A DNA stretch of 64,000 nucleotides from Chlorokybus atmophyticus. Lineage: Eukaryota; Plantae; Mesostigma and Chlorokybus algae. The notes below the pieces were generated by a model. The model saw only the letters and a list, made by a program, of their open reading frames with translations. It was not told where the DNA came from and searched no databases. A program made the translations under genes and the position numbers. The stretch is from contig RHPI01000008.1 in assembly GCA_009103225.1 (NCBI GenBank), forward strand, positions 125,581-189,580, given 5' to 3'. Shown piece after piece: positions 11,276-23,940 of the stretch (positions within the stretch are counted from its first letter, which is position 1; the number at the start of each line of letters is the position of its first letter).

Positions 11276-12926
11276 CCCCCCCTTTCCTTTTCCCCCGCGC
11301 ACGCGCGCGTGTACTCACACCCATAGAGCAAGTGACTATGCCGCACAACATGCTTTTCAAGTGCCAGCTGGCGAGAGCGTCCAGAAACAGCCACTTGGCA
11401 ACCCTCAGAGACAACTTCCTGCAAGCTGTGCCATTGCCAACGCAGACCTGTTTCAGACACATCAATGGTGGTTAGTTAACCATGCACAGTTTGGATGCGA
11501 GCGCTGTGCAAAATGTGAATCACGCTGAATACTGTGACGGCACAATGGCGCGAAAGTGTAAAGGATCATCAATAGCGCAACTGATGCCACAGCAGAGAGA
11601 ACGCACAGCAGACTAAACCAGTGCTTAGCCACTGTGTCACTACTCAACTCAGGAGCACTGCTGGCATGGCACGCCACAGCTGCCAAGTGCTGCAGGCATC
11701 CTGATCCTGAAGAAAAACGTGCGAGGTAGTCAGCGTGCAACCAGACACACTCATACCCACAAACCCACATGCACGCGTGCACGCACAGTATTCCACACGC
11801 ACACGCACACACAAATCAGCGTGCCACGAGTGGTCTGCAGCCCCGACCATCTGCTGCACCCTCTCGTGACAGAAATGCCACGCACGCATGCGCATGCAGA
11901 CAGCTGGCGTGCGTGCAGATGGGTGGGTGGGTGTGGGTGATGGTTGATGCATGTGTGCATCGGCGCGGGGAAGGTGTTTGCAGGCGGGGGGGTGGGGCGG
12001 GGGGTAATATGCAGCCAGGTGACTGGCTGAATAAAAGGCTGTTTGTGCGCATACAAGAAGCTTTGCTTTGTATGTGCGTGCGTGTGTGTGTGGTGGTTGG
12101 GTGTTTTGGGGTGGGGGTGGGGGGGATGGGGAGGGAACGCTATGTGAGCATGCTGGCTGTGTCGACCTCCCGGCAAGCCGTGCAGTTTGAAAATCCAATA
12201 CAGGTGTCGTGTAAACAACGAGTCTAACAGATTAATACCGTCTGCAACGGCTTGGCACTTTTCTCCATCGGCAGCAGAGATGCGTTACGGCAACCAGTGC
12301 GATTGTGAAGCCATCCGCAATCTCTGTGCACAGTTGTAACTTACCACAACATGTAACTGTGTGCCACACAGTGTGCATGTGTAAGAAACCTGGATGGCTT
12401 CACGCGCCTGACATGTACATCGCTCACATTAACTATGTTTTCTGTATGCACGTGTGGCATATGTACAGCGTGGCAAGGCAATGCGCCATGTGCTGCTAGC
12501 ATAGCGGTAATAACGGTTGCAGTCAGCATGCCCACACGTAACCAAATTGACTGGGCATATCGGTGCACTTTGTGTCGCACAAGCGGCTTGGTGACCTCGC
12601 TCTTGATGTATATAGCTGTACAAGGTCAGACTGACAGTCAGGATAACTGCATGCCTCATGACGTGTCGTGGCCCACGCACATGCTTTTGTATGGACATGC
12701 CCACGCTCAGCTCATATGGGCAACATTGTGGAGTTGGACATAGCGCACTTGAGCAGTTCTGTAACTAGTTCCAGCCCTGCACAACCACAGATAGCGTGAC
12801 AGCATTCACATCTGCCCTCGCGCTGTAATGGCTGAACATATTGTAAAGCGAGGATTATCAAGACCTTACATCTTGCCAAACCGTTCCTCTCAACCAATGT
12901 TACATACGGAATACCTACCTGCTGAG

Positions 12927-13883
12927 TTAGTCACAGCAGAGCGTGTTTGCATCACTCAACATCGCCAATGTGTCTTTGTGGATGAAACGTTGCCCCACTC
13001 TTATCATAGCTCGTGGCTCTTCAGTCTTGATGACCGGTATAGTCTCACATAACCATGTTGGCGGACGACTTGAATGAGTGGGCACTGTTGCAGACTCCTC
13101 TACAATTGCACAGGCATTGCGCCACCGCTTTGTGAGTATGTTGAACACAGTCTCGCTGCTGCACATGCACATATACTGCTTTTGCAGCTGGGACATGGAC
13201 ACGGTTACCTTCGACAGGTGTGCGATAGCGGCTTGACGCAGCTGCAGCAGGTCGTAAACATCCGCAAGCGCTGCCACCTTTGCTGGCTGTTGTTGAACTT
13301 GGCTCAGGAGGTATTGCTCGCAACTGTGCAACACAATCTTGACTTGGTACTTCCTTGCCAGCTCCAGAATTCTTTCCGCTGCCGCCTGGCATAGTTAGAG
13401 TTAGTGATGTTATTTTAACCTTACTGGCAGAGCTTCTCGCATGCATGTGTACACAGCAGCGGCAAAAACACGAGAGACCCGTTAAATGACTGACTGCAAA
13501 TACCAGAGAACAACATCAGCGGCAACCAGAGACATGCATACCACGTCAGGTTGTAGTGTGGTTCCGTCAATAGGAGTGATGAGACACAAGAACAACTCCA
13601 TGTCTGCCGCAGAAGTGTCTTCTACAACCAGCTTTGAAGCATGCGTGGAATGCAGCAGGTCTTTTAGCACAACACTGTGTTTCGCCAGCACCCACTTGGT
13701 AGTCCTCAGTTCTTTGCCTGCGATACATGTCCAGCAACACTGTCATGAACTTGCGGTGGTCCAAGAAGACTCTTCTCAACGTGACAGAGACAGGGCCACC
13801 ACACAACACAACAACCAGCTTGCAGGCTGACCTTCCACTACCAACACGAAGTCGCTGAAGTCGTCGCTCGCCCGCTGGTCCAT
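12927..13883 (-). CDS. BTB/POZ-domain protein B, 228 aa (exons 13883-13832, 13717-13542, 13385-12927)
   Basis: Open spliced frame MDQRASDDFSDFVLVVEG-KELRTTKWVLAKHSVVLKDLL...ILELARKYQVKIVLHSCEQYLL. Intron positions and phases match copy A. Confidence 0.85.
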
Positions 13884-15616
13884 CGTAACCGATGATAGTA
13901 GCTGTGACAAATACGCTGCATTGACAGCCATGAGTGTAGGTCCGCACAACGGCTGGCCAGACACGAGCACTCAGTAACAAAACTATCACGGTACCAACAA
14001 TCACGGAAAGCAGGGTGTTGAAGGGTATGGTATGGTGCTGAAGTCGTTCAGTAATTACAGAGCAAGTGTCTCAATGCTTCGAGCAGAGCACAAAATGTCT
14101 ATGCGGCTTACCTCACGCCTTGTTGTATGATCCAGCTGGAGACGGCAAGAAACAACGCCGCCGCTGGGCAGCTCCAACAGCAAAGTGCAATGTTGACGTA
14201 GGTTTCTTACAGCAGCCATCGCTGCCATAGCTAACTTGCAGCTCTGTGCAGCTGTCACATCTGCACGATGTGACAGTTGCACAACGCAAGCGTGATTCTA
14301 AGATTTACGAAGCACAAATCACATCAGCAAGCTGATGTGACTAGTGCTTCATGCTTAGCCGTATACATGGGTTTGCAATCGTCAGCTGGGCTACTTCGCA
14401 AATTCAAGTTGGGATGAACCTTGGGCCGCAATCATCACAGCGTCGCCAACTGCTCCCGATGCAAACATGCCAAGCCGTATTACGAAACACGAGTTGGGAT
14501 TGTGATATTTGGGCTTCTGCAGAAACATGCATGCATGCAGCAGTATGTTACACTGACCAGTGGTGTCGCAGTTGATAACATCCATGCATTTTAACTGCAG
14601 GTTGCAGCGGATGGCTCGAGCCCGGTTTTACACAGCAAGCGCGTGATGCCCGCTCTGCAAATACAGGCAGCTCTCATGCAATGCACCTGTAAAAATGTAG
14701 AGTGTCTTGGTCAACAACAGCTTGTCCTGTAGCCGATGTGCCTTTGAGGGCAAACTCACCTCCAAAGTTGATTCTCCGTGTACTTGCTGCAGACTGACGG
14801 TTGCTTTGCCACTCCATGACTTGCTGCTTACAGCCATGCTATGGCCTGACGCTTCTGTACCTTAGCGGTTCATGCATGTCCGACATGCATAAACACTCTG
14901 TTTGGCAAATGCACTGTACAAGCTACATCATCCAACTAATTCCCCGCTTGCCCTTAGTGTGGTGACCCACACTGTTTGCGCTAGAGATTCCATGTGAGCA
15001 TCATTATGGATGAGCAAGGGCGGGGTCACCCAGTGACCTCTCATCATCACAGCGCTGGGATGATGAGAGGTCACTGATGAAAACTGACTAATGACCCCGC
15101 CTACCTCATCCATAATTGCCCGACCAGCACGACCGGCGAGTTGAGCACTCACCCCCGTATGGCCAAGCACCCGGCTTTGTTGCAAGTGCAGCAAGCATGA
15201 TGCCCACTTTGGTCCGGCCAGAAACAAACTGAAATACCACTAGCATTGCCGTCCAAGACGATTGCCACCAGCTCCCACACCGCTGACACCATGCAAGCAA
15301 GCAGTCCTGTCAAAAGCAGCAACGCTCAACACAAGCGACCTCCTGCTGCCCGGAACCTCCCCGCCCACCGAGCAAGCGCTCCCGCGCTTTCCCGCCCCAT
15401 CCCCGCCCCTGGCCACCCCGACTGCAAAACCAGCCTCTCTCCCGTCCGCGCCCCCGCCGCCGCCCCCGCCCTCACCCAGCCCAGCACCCGCACTCCCGCC
15501 CATCAGCTCTTTCCTGCTCTCTCTTCCATGCACTGCACAACATCAGACCGAACTGCTGCTAAGACCCCACCGCAGCCTGCCGGGCGCAAGGGCCTGACTG
15601 CCGACGACGGACAGAA

Positions 15617-15662
15617 GGATAAGCACGACAACGCATGCATGGCAGCAGTGTCGTGCTTATCC
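15617..15662. promoter_or_regulatory. Conserved palindrome, copy B
   Basis: GGATAAGCACGACA (15617-15630), 18-nt spacer, TGTCGTGCTTATCC (15649-15662): 14-bp perfect arms. Confidence 0.55.
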
Positions 15663-16277
15663 CCATCGCCATGCGTGTGGGTTACATGATGTAACACACT
15701 GCCTGTGTCGCTCAACGGTGGGCTGAATTTGGAATGCCGCTTGACATTGTTGTCGCTGAGCTATCGGTATTGGCCAACATGATGTTCTGCGCTGCTTCTG
15801 CCGGTAGGGCTGACAAGGAGGAGATGAGGGAAGAGGAGGAGCAGGAGCAGGAGAGGAGAGAGACCGTAGCGTGTCAGTTGGGTCTTTAGGGTGGCTGCAG
15901 CGTCCTCTGCTGCGGACAAGGTGAGGCGGAGTTGGAAAGCAGCGGTGAAGGGAAGGGGGGAGGGGGNNNNNNNNNNNNNNNNNNNNNNNNNNNNNNNNNN
16001 NNNNNNNNNNNNNNNNNNNNNNNNNNNNNNNNNNNNNNNNNNNNNNNNNNNNNNNNNNNNNNNNNNNNNNNNNNNNNNNNNNNNNNNNNNNNNNNNNNNN
16101 NNNNNNNNNNNNNNNNNNNNNNNNNNNNNNNNNNNNNNNNNNNNNNNNNNNNNNNNNNNNNNNNNNNNNNNNNNNNNNNNNNNNNNNNNNNNNNNNNNNN
16201 NNNNNNNNNNNNNNGGGGGGGGGGGGCGCAGCATTGTGGTGGTGCGTGATGGAAGAGGAAGTGAGCTGCTGCTGCTG

Positions 16278-16706
16278 ATGGACTGGAAGCGTATAATCAA
16301 GTGAGTGGCAAAGGCGATGCATTCTTATTGCACACATGCGTGGTGCTGTGGGTGAGGGTGGGGGTAGGGGTAGGGTCTTATTCTTTTTGCTTGGTTTCGG
16401 GACGACACGGTGCTCTGCCGTGATAGTATGGCGTGCTGTGCCAGCATACATACACAGGCAATTGTGGGCGGGCATGGCCCATGCCGCATGGGGACATTCT
16501 TGTTCACACGCCTCTGAGAGCACATGCTATGCTCTGCGAGGACCTCAATTCAAACAAAGTGGCACTGTCCGAAGCTTTTGTGCTGGTCGCTACTATTCTA
16601 GCATAGTACTGACCTCACAAGCATCTGGCTGTACAAAAACTTGGATTCAGGTCGCACTTATGCTGAGCCCGTCATTCTGCTCCTCAAATGCTTGCTATTG
16701 CTTTGA
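16278..16706 (+). CDS. Orphan gene X, copy B: putative 40-aa spliced peptide MDWKRIINTDLTSIWLYKNLDSGRTYAEPVILLLKCLLLL (exons 16278-16300, 16607-16706)
   Basis: Donor GTGAGT at 16301 and acceptor TAG at 16604-16606 sit at the same positions as in copy A and are phase-compatible. Exon 1 may extend upstream into the N gap. Confidence 0.3.
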
Positions 16707-18582
16707 AGCCCTTTTCAACAGGCCTGCTACTGAAGGGGAAGCATTCTGAGCGACGTCTCCCGCTCCCATCGTCAATCAATGAAAAGCCCCCTGCTGCGCG
16801 CGTGTGCGTGCGTGCGCAGACACGCGCTTGACGCACACAACCTTTGCAATCAGAGAGCCAGTCACCTAGCTGCGTACATCCTCCTCCTCCCCTCCCCCGC
16901 CCATGCATGCGCGCGCGCGCACATGTGCTCACGCCCAGCAATTGATTATGCCTTTGCTTTGTGACAGATCGCACACAGCCAAACAGAACCTATGTGTCAG
17001 CTAGCGAGGGCGGCTAGCAGCACTGCCATTTGGCAACCCTCAGGGACAACCATCTGAAAGCTGCGCCAGTGCAGACTTCTAAGGCAACATAGTGGTTGGG
17101 ATAGCTACCATGCACAGTCCACTGAACTGTGCATGGTATTGGTGCAACTGTCACATCTGCCAGAACTGTTTTAGGAGTGTAGGAGTTCGTCAGGAAGCTA
17201 ATGTCAGAGCAGAGGACGCACAGCAGACTGGACTAACTTTTTGACTGCTTAGCCACACTCTTTCACACTGTGCCATGCAGCACATGCCACAGCTGCCAAG
17301 TGTTGCAGGCATCCTAAGTTTTTGAGGAAATGTGCCAGGTAGCCAGCGTGCAACACAGACACACCCACAAATCTACATGCGCGCGCGCACGCACACGCAT
17401 GTAGATTTGTGGGTGTGTCTGTGTTGCACGCTGGCTACCTGGCGCGCGCACGCACACGCACACACAGACCAATGTCGACTGCACCCCCGACCACCTGCTG
17501 CATTTACTCGTGAGTAGTAACAGACCCAATGCACGCATGCGCCTGCACACTCACGCACATGCGCACGCGCACGCGCACGCAGACAGGCGTCACAGTGGAA
17601 AGCCCCATTTTGCGCACGTGCGTGTGGATGGGTGGGTCTGCCTGGGCCTGCATGCATGTGTGCATGTGCGCTTGGGGTGGCGGGGTTGTACACAGCCACT
17701 AGCAGGTGACTGGCTGTTTGGTTGATGAAATGTTTGTGCACGTGCAACCAGACGTACATGCACACGCACGCTCGCAAATGGCTTGGTGTAACGTGCATGC
17801 ATGGGTGAGTGTCACGCACCCCGGGTGGCACTGCGGGGGCAGAGGGGGGGTANAACGGGGGGGGGGGGGGATGCAATGGAATGGGCTGTTTGACTGTTAA
17901 AAGGCTGGTGTCGACCCCTGCAGTCTTCAAGCCTGAGCATACAGGTGTTGTGGAATTCGATCTACGAGATGAAAATTATAGCCAATTGCAACGGCTCCAA
18001 AGCTGTCTGCAATTCTGTTGGTTGATCCGTGCGCGGTTGATTTACCATAACGTATGATGACAAGCTGTACACGTATCGGAAGCTCGTTTGGCTTTATGTG
18101 ATCCAAATACCTGACCCATATACAAAAAGGAATTGACAATTGCGCTAGCATTCCATATGCATGTTCGGCATGTCTTCGCGTAAAGCTGCGTGACAGTGCC
18201 ATTACACCACGTGTCCCTTTTAATTTAAAAGGTACATAAGAATTGCAGTTATCATGCCGTGCTGTTACCGACTGGGCATGTCGCTGCATTGCAATCGTTT
18301 ACTAATTCATCAACATCTTTGACCAGCGTGGTCCAAAAAGTCGTAGCTAGCGCACGCACGTTGGCTTTCAAGCTGAGTGCTCATGGTCATGTCGTATGGG
18401 CAACAACGTGAGATCAGCAGTTCTAAACCAATGCAACTGGGAATTTGTACAACCGTACATGGCGTGACAGATTGAGCACTTACTATTGGGCATCTTTGCA
18501 CAGACTGAGGATTGCCAAGACCATCTATCTGACTAGATCGTGGCTATCAATCATGGCTCAACTACCTGTCAAGTTGAAGACA

Positions 18583-19501
18583 TCACAACGTGTTTGCATC
18601 ACTCAGTATTGCTAATGTGTCTTTGTGGATGTAGCCTTGCCCCCAAGTTCTTTGGGCTCGTGGCTCTTCAGTCTTGATGACCGGCACATTTTCATGTTTC
18701 CATGCTGGCGGAAAGGGGAATGAATGCAATCCTCCCCCTCTGACTGTTGCGGACTCCTCTAGAATTGCACAAGTATTGCGCCACCGCTTGGTGAGTATGT
18801 CGAACACGGTCTCGCCATTGCACATGCACATATACTGCCTTTGAACCTTGGACATGGGCACGTCCACCTTCGATAAGTGTGTGATAGCGGCTTGACGCAG
18901 CTTTGGCATGTCGTAAGCATCTGCAAGCGCTGCCAGTTTTGCTGGATGTTGTTGAACTTGGCTCAAAAGGTAGTCCTCGCAGCCCTGTATCACACTCTTG
19001 ACTTGGTACTTCCTTGCCATCTCCAGCATTCTTTCCGCTGCCGCCTGTCACATGAATAGTTGATACTAACATCAGGTCAAGGCCTACTGGCATAGCTTCT
19101 CGCATGCACGTGCATAGCCTGAACATCATGATGATCAGCGGCAACGGACGACACGTATACCAAGTCAAGTTGCAGTGTGGTCCTGTCATTGGGACTGACG
19201 AGACTCAGGCACAGCTCCATGTCTGCCACGGAAGTATCTTCTACCACGAGCTGTGAAGCCAACGTGGACAGCATAAGGTCTTTCAGCACAATGCTGTGTC
19301 TCGCCAGCAGCCATTTACTGGTCCTCAGTTCTTTCCCTGCGATGTGTATGTGTCATTCAGAAACACTGTCATGCAAGTAGTGGTGAAGCACAACTCTTAA
19401 CGAGACAGAAACGCAAACATGACAAGAACAAACAGCTTGCCAGGCGGACCTTCCACCACCAAAACAAAGTCGCTGAAGTCGTCGCTTGCCTGCTGGACCA
19501 T
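18583..19501 (-). CDS. BTB/POZ-domain protein C, 229 aa (exons 19501-19450, 19336-19161, 19044-18583)
   Basis: Open spliced frame MVQQASDDFSDFVLVVEG-KELRTSKWLLARHSIVLKDLM...MLEMARKYQVKSVIQGCEDYLL. Same gene structure as A and B. Confidence 0.85.
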
Positions 19502-19987
19502 CTTAAGCAATAACGGTAGCTGTGACGCGTACACTGCGTTGACATTTCGTGAGCGTAAGTCCGCACGACGTCCGACCAGGCATGTGCACGCATTGACCAA
19601 ACCCTCATACAAGAAGAATCAGCGCATGGAGCAGGGTGCGATGATGCTGAAGTCGTTCAGTAAGATTGCATACAATCAGCAAGTGTCTCAGTAGAGGCTG
19701 AAATCAAAATGGGTGTACGTTTGCTGACCTTACGCCCTGTTGTAGATTCCAGCTGGAGAGGGCAATCCACTCGCCGCCTGACAGCCACACAGCACAAGGC
19801 GGTCGTCAGCAGCAGGTACGTTGCAACTTTGGTACTCAGAGTCAAGGATTGCCAACCGCTTCCTATGCATGCCAAGCCTCTCAGTAGGACAAAAACTTTG
19901 CTGCAGCTTGAAACTTGAGCGCGACTAGACTCATCAAAACCGCTAAAACAACGCAACCATGCAGCTCTAACAGAAGCAGCAACGCTC

Positions 19988-20032
<45 letters not shown>

Positions 20033-20234
20033 TCTGCGCCACCTGCCACACCCCTAACTCTTCTTCTCCCGCCTTCACTAAGCCCAACACCACGCGCCCC
20101 CACCCGCACTCGTCCGCGCTCCCGCCCCCCAAAACCACAGCATCAAACCCGAGTCGGAGTGACTCCCTCACACCGCTGCTGTCCGTCAGACCCACCCACC
20201 CACCGTCGTGACTGCCGACGGAAAGAGGAGAGAT

Positions 20235-20282
20235 GGATAAGCACGACACAGTATGCATGCATGGAAGCGTCCGTGCTTATCC
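20235..20282. promoter_or_regulatory. Conserved palindrome, copy C
   Basis: GGATAAGCACG (20235-20245), 26-nt spacer, CGTGCTTATCC (20272-20282). Confidence 0.55.
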
Positions 20283-20401
20283 CCGAACGCTGTGGGACAC
20301 TGCAGCGTCTCTCTGCTGCGGTGCGGATGAGGTGGAGCTTGCAGGTGGCGGCAGCGGCGCTGCGGCTGTGTGGTTGTATGGGAGGCAGAGGAGGTGAGCT
20401 A

Positions 20402-21270
20402 ATGCTGCTGCTGCTGCTGCTGCTGGACTGGAAGTGTCCTCTACTACGGTGAGTGGCGGAAGCAGTGCAATCTCGCTGCGCACATGCGTGATGGTGCATG
20501 CCGGCCAGGTGGTGTGGCCTGGCTTATGGATGTGGGTGAGGGCGGGTGCTGAATTCTCAGCTTGCTAGCTTAGAGGTTTGGAAGTTGCCTGCCGGGTTAC
20601 CCTTCAGGAAGAGTTACATGTGTCTTGCTAGTTATTAAGCAACGCAGTGTTCTGCCTCAGGCAAGGCTTGACACGATGGGCGTGCTAGCACACACTTGGC
20701 AAGCAGCAAGTGTAAGGCCCGGGACAACCTTACTTCCGCACTGCGTTACACCTCTCACAGCACATGCTGTCTCTCGTGCTCTGCCACTACTGTATTACAA
20801 TATTGACCACACAAACACTTGACTAGAGAATAACTTCACGTCTCAGGTTGCACTAGTGCTCAACCTGTCTGATCCTCAGATTCTCTCTGTTGCCCTGGAT
20901 CCCTCTTCAACAACGGCCTGCTGCTGCTGGTGGTAAACCTCAACGACTAACCAGTATGGGCGCCATGTGCCGTTGCACGTGTGCTGCAAACAGATGAGCA
21001 GCGCGTTTGCTGTTGCATTGCATTCTGTGCCTGCTTGTCTTCCACCCAGTTCCAGCGTTTGTACGTGCAACATCAGGGCATGTAGCCCCCCCCCCCCCGG
21101 AATACAAATGCTGATGATTGCGATTGTCAAGCCCTTGACTGCCGACCCAGGTTGAGACTCAGGTTGGTTGCTATCGGCTGACGAGCAGTGGGAGGGTATG
21201 ATTGCAATTGTGGAGACCCAGCTGCCGAACCGGCCGCGTCGGCCATTGCGAGATCACATGGATGCATGCA
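20402..21270 (+). pseudogene. Orphan gene X, copy C (disabled)
   Basis: Keeps MLLLLLLDWKCPLL and donor GTGAGT (20449). The exon-2 acceptor reads AA instead of AG, TGG has become TGA, and the exon-3 acceptor reads CCG instead of CAG. The segment DEQWEGMIAIV matches DERWEGMLAGV of copy A. Confidence 0.4.
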
Positions 21271-21917
21271 TGAGCAAAGCAACTTGCCACCAGAGTGAGT
21301 GACTTTTACCTGCTGCGTCCTTACTCACATGGGCAATCCTGTTGAAGCAGTGCATGTGCCTACGTGCATGCGGGCCTAGATGCAGACACATGTGTCTGTG
21401 CATGCGTGTGCGTCACGGGTGCGTGAAGTCATGTGCACGCCTGCGTGCATACGTGCGTGTGTACATTCAGCGCTGCTCACAACTAACCTGCTTTAAGTAC
21501 TTGCCAATTGACGTCAGTGACGTCAGTGACGCAGGCCGAAGCATTGAGGAAGCACTGCAGCTCGCAAGTTACTCATGATGACCCAAACGTAAGACAAGAA
21601 AAAGCAGCACTCAGCTTTGGTGGCTTTGTGTTGGATGTCTTGTGCAGTAGACGCACGCTGTGTTGCATGAACGTTCGCAGCATGCTTGAATGACTTGTGC
21701 TTAATCAGCTGTCATGCAGTGTACAGTATCCTTGCCAATGTAAGGTCTGTCGCTCGCTACACAATTTGCCAAGTTGCAGTGCAGGAGTATGCCAAGCTTA
21801 CACGATTGTTCTCTGTACATGACACATCAGGTTTGGAGTCACGGTAGGAACACCGCTCGACGTGCGCACACAGTCAACCTGCAGGGACCTTCCGTTATAC
21901 GTGCATGCTTGCGCGGG

Positions 21918-22215
<298 letters not shown>

Positions 22216-22270
22216 ATCTATAAGTACCCTTACCTCGGTTGAGCGGGAAGAGCTTGCAAACGGAAAACGC

Positions 22271-23203
22271 CTACAGCTCGAGCACCTCCGCCGTCTTCTT
22301 GTGCATGTACATCTTGAACGGGTCCTTTGGCAAATTCCTCTGCAGGTGGCGACATATGGCTTGGCAGTGTCTTAGGCTCCATCCCTCTGGAAGGTCCCTT
22401 TTGTCAAGGCTCTCAGCTTTTATGGAAGCGCACTCCATGAGTATACAGCGCGCTTGCTCCCATCGAGCATTGAATATGCTGAAGACGGTCTCCCCTTTGC
22501 ACTTGCACAACTCTTCTTTCACAAGGAAATCTGTGGGAACATCCAGCTGTGACAAGCACTGAACAGCAGTCTGGCGCAGCATGGGCATATCATAAGTGTC
22601 GGCGATGGCCGCCATCTTAGCGGACTGGGTGGCGTCCCGTGCGAAGCGGAGCAGATACTCCTCGCAATGCTGCACGACAATGAGGGCACCATACTTCCTC
22701 GCCAACTCCAACATTTTGGGGGTGTTGTCCTGCAAGGCGGCGTGTACACAAGTAAGGCAACATTGCCGCAACGGCAGGCACCATCCTTGCACGTGCACCC
22801 ATGAGCACACGCGCACGCGCACCCATGCACCCACGAGCGTGCGCGTACTACGTGTGGCACACACACACACGCAACTTGAACGTGTGATACATACCTTGTC
22901 CAGCGTCAATTTTGTTTTGTCTGTGGCATTCAACACGGACAAGAACAGCTCCATGTCTGCGGGCATCACGTCATCCATCTCCATCTGCGTGGTGTCTGGG
23001 CAGGACTTGAACAAGTCCCTAAACACCGCACTATGCCTTGCCAAGGCCCACTTGCTGCTCGTAAACAACTGCCCTGTGAAGCAAGTCAAGGGCTGAGTAC
23101 TGCATTCCTAGCCGCCTTCAGAAGAGACACAGCTCACATACCACTTGCCTGAGACAATGATGGTGAAGTCACTGTAGTCCTGCTCGGTGTCCTTCTGCTC
23201 CAT
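22271..23203 (-). CDS. BTB/POZ-domain protein D, 230 aa (exons 23203-23149, 23073-22895, 22729-22271); first intron GC-AG
   Basis: MEQKDTEQDYSDFTIIVSG-QLFTSSKWALARHSAVFRDLF...DMELFLSVL...MLELARKYGALIVVQHCEEYLL. The frame stays open only with the GCAAGT donor at 23148, which is at the same position as the GT donors of A-C. Confidence 0.8.
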
Positions 23204-23940
23204 ATGGGAGCTAGAGACGGGGGCAATCTGCATATCTGCGGTTACGGCGGTCAGGCATGCAACTGGCTGAGATGATGCAGGTGATGACAGTCATGCAAGC
23301 TGAGAGCGCGCAAGCTAGACATGGGCTGCACCAGTCCATGCTTACTAAAGATGACTTGTAAGCTGTTACGGGTACCTGATTGAGGGAGGTCAACGTGTTG
23401 CACTGCGCTCTGAGCGGGAGCGGGAACATGCAAGCTCTTATAAGGCCGCCCAGCCTGCCTTGTACGGTGAGCAATGCGTATGTTTTACGCCTTGATACGC
23501 CATTGCTCTCTGTCGCGATAGGCTCTAACGTTCAACTGGCTGAGGCGTCTCAAGTTAGCTCTCATTGGTCATCAGCATGCACACTACGTGATGTGACCGA
23601 GCGCACAACGTGTGTGAGCGTGCTAGCTTCCCTGCCACTAGCAGTTGCCTTGGTGATGTGACAGACTACAGACGCTGGGTTTGCGTACCTTTTACGCACT
23701 GCTTGGCAGGTTCGTAGCTTGGTGATGGGACAGTGCACATTCGTTCACGCATGAAGCCTTGACGGGACCGAGCAAGGCATAGTCAGTCGCGCCCAAGCAA
23801 ATCACAGCTGCTTGTAAGAACGCTGCTCATGAGCAGCGGTGCCTGCATTTGCCATGCTGTAGTCATGTGCCTGTGTTTCAACCGAGGAGTGCGGCAAGCA
23901 GCAGTGTCCTGCCAGTGACAAGCCTGGCTTTCATTCAGTT

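Larger units (their letters stand above)
10620..21300. repeat. Tandem segmental duplication (~10620-16770 and ~16775-21300); an inverted third copy lies at ~6450-10150
   Basis: Shared non-coding blocks: aaagccccctgctgcgc (10630/16782), ttggcaaccctcag.gacaac (11395/17030) and gccacagctgccaagtg.tgcaggcatcct (11673/17286). The BTB genes, palindromes and gene X exons are also collinear. Confidence 0.8.

Noticed and set aside
10428-11528. Long ORFs spanning N gaps (also at 15657-16523, 34339-34792, 49944-50673)
   Set aside because: Length comes from unknown bases.
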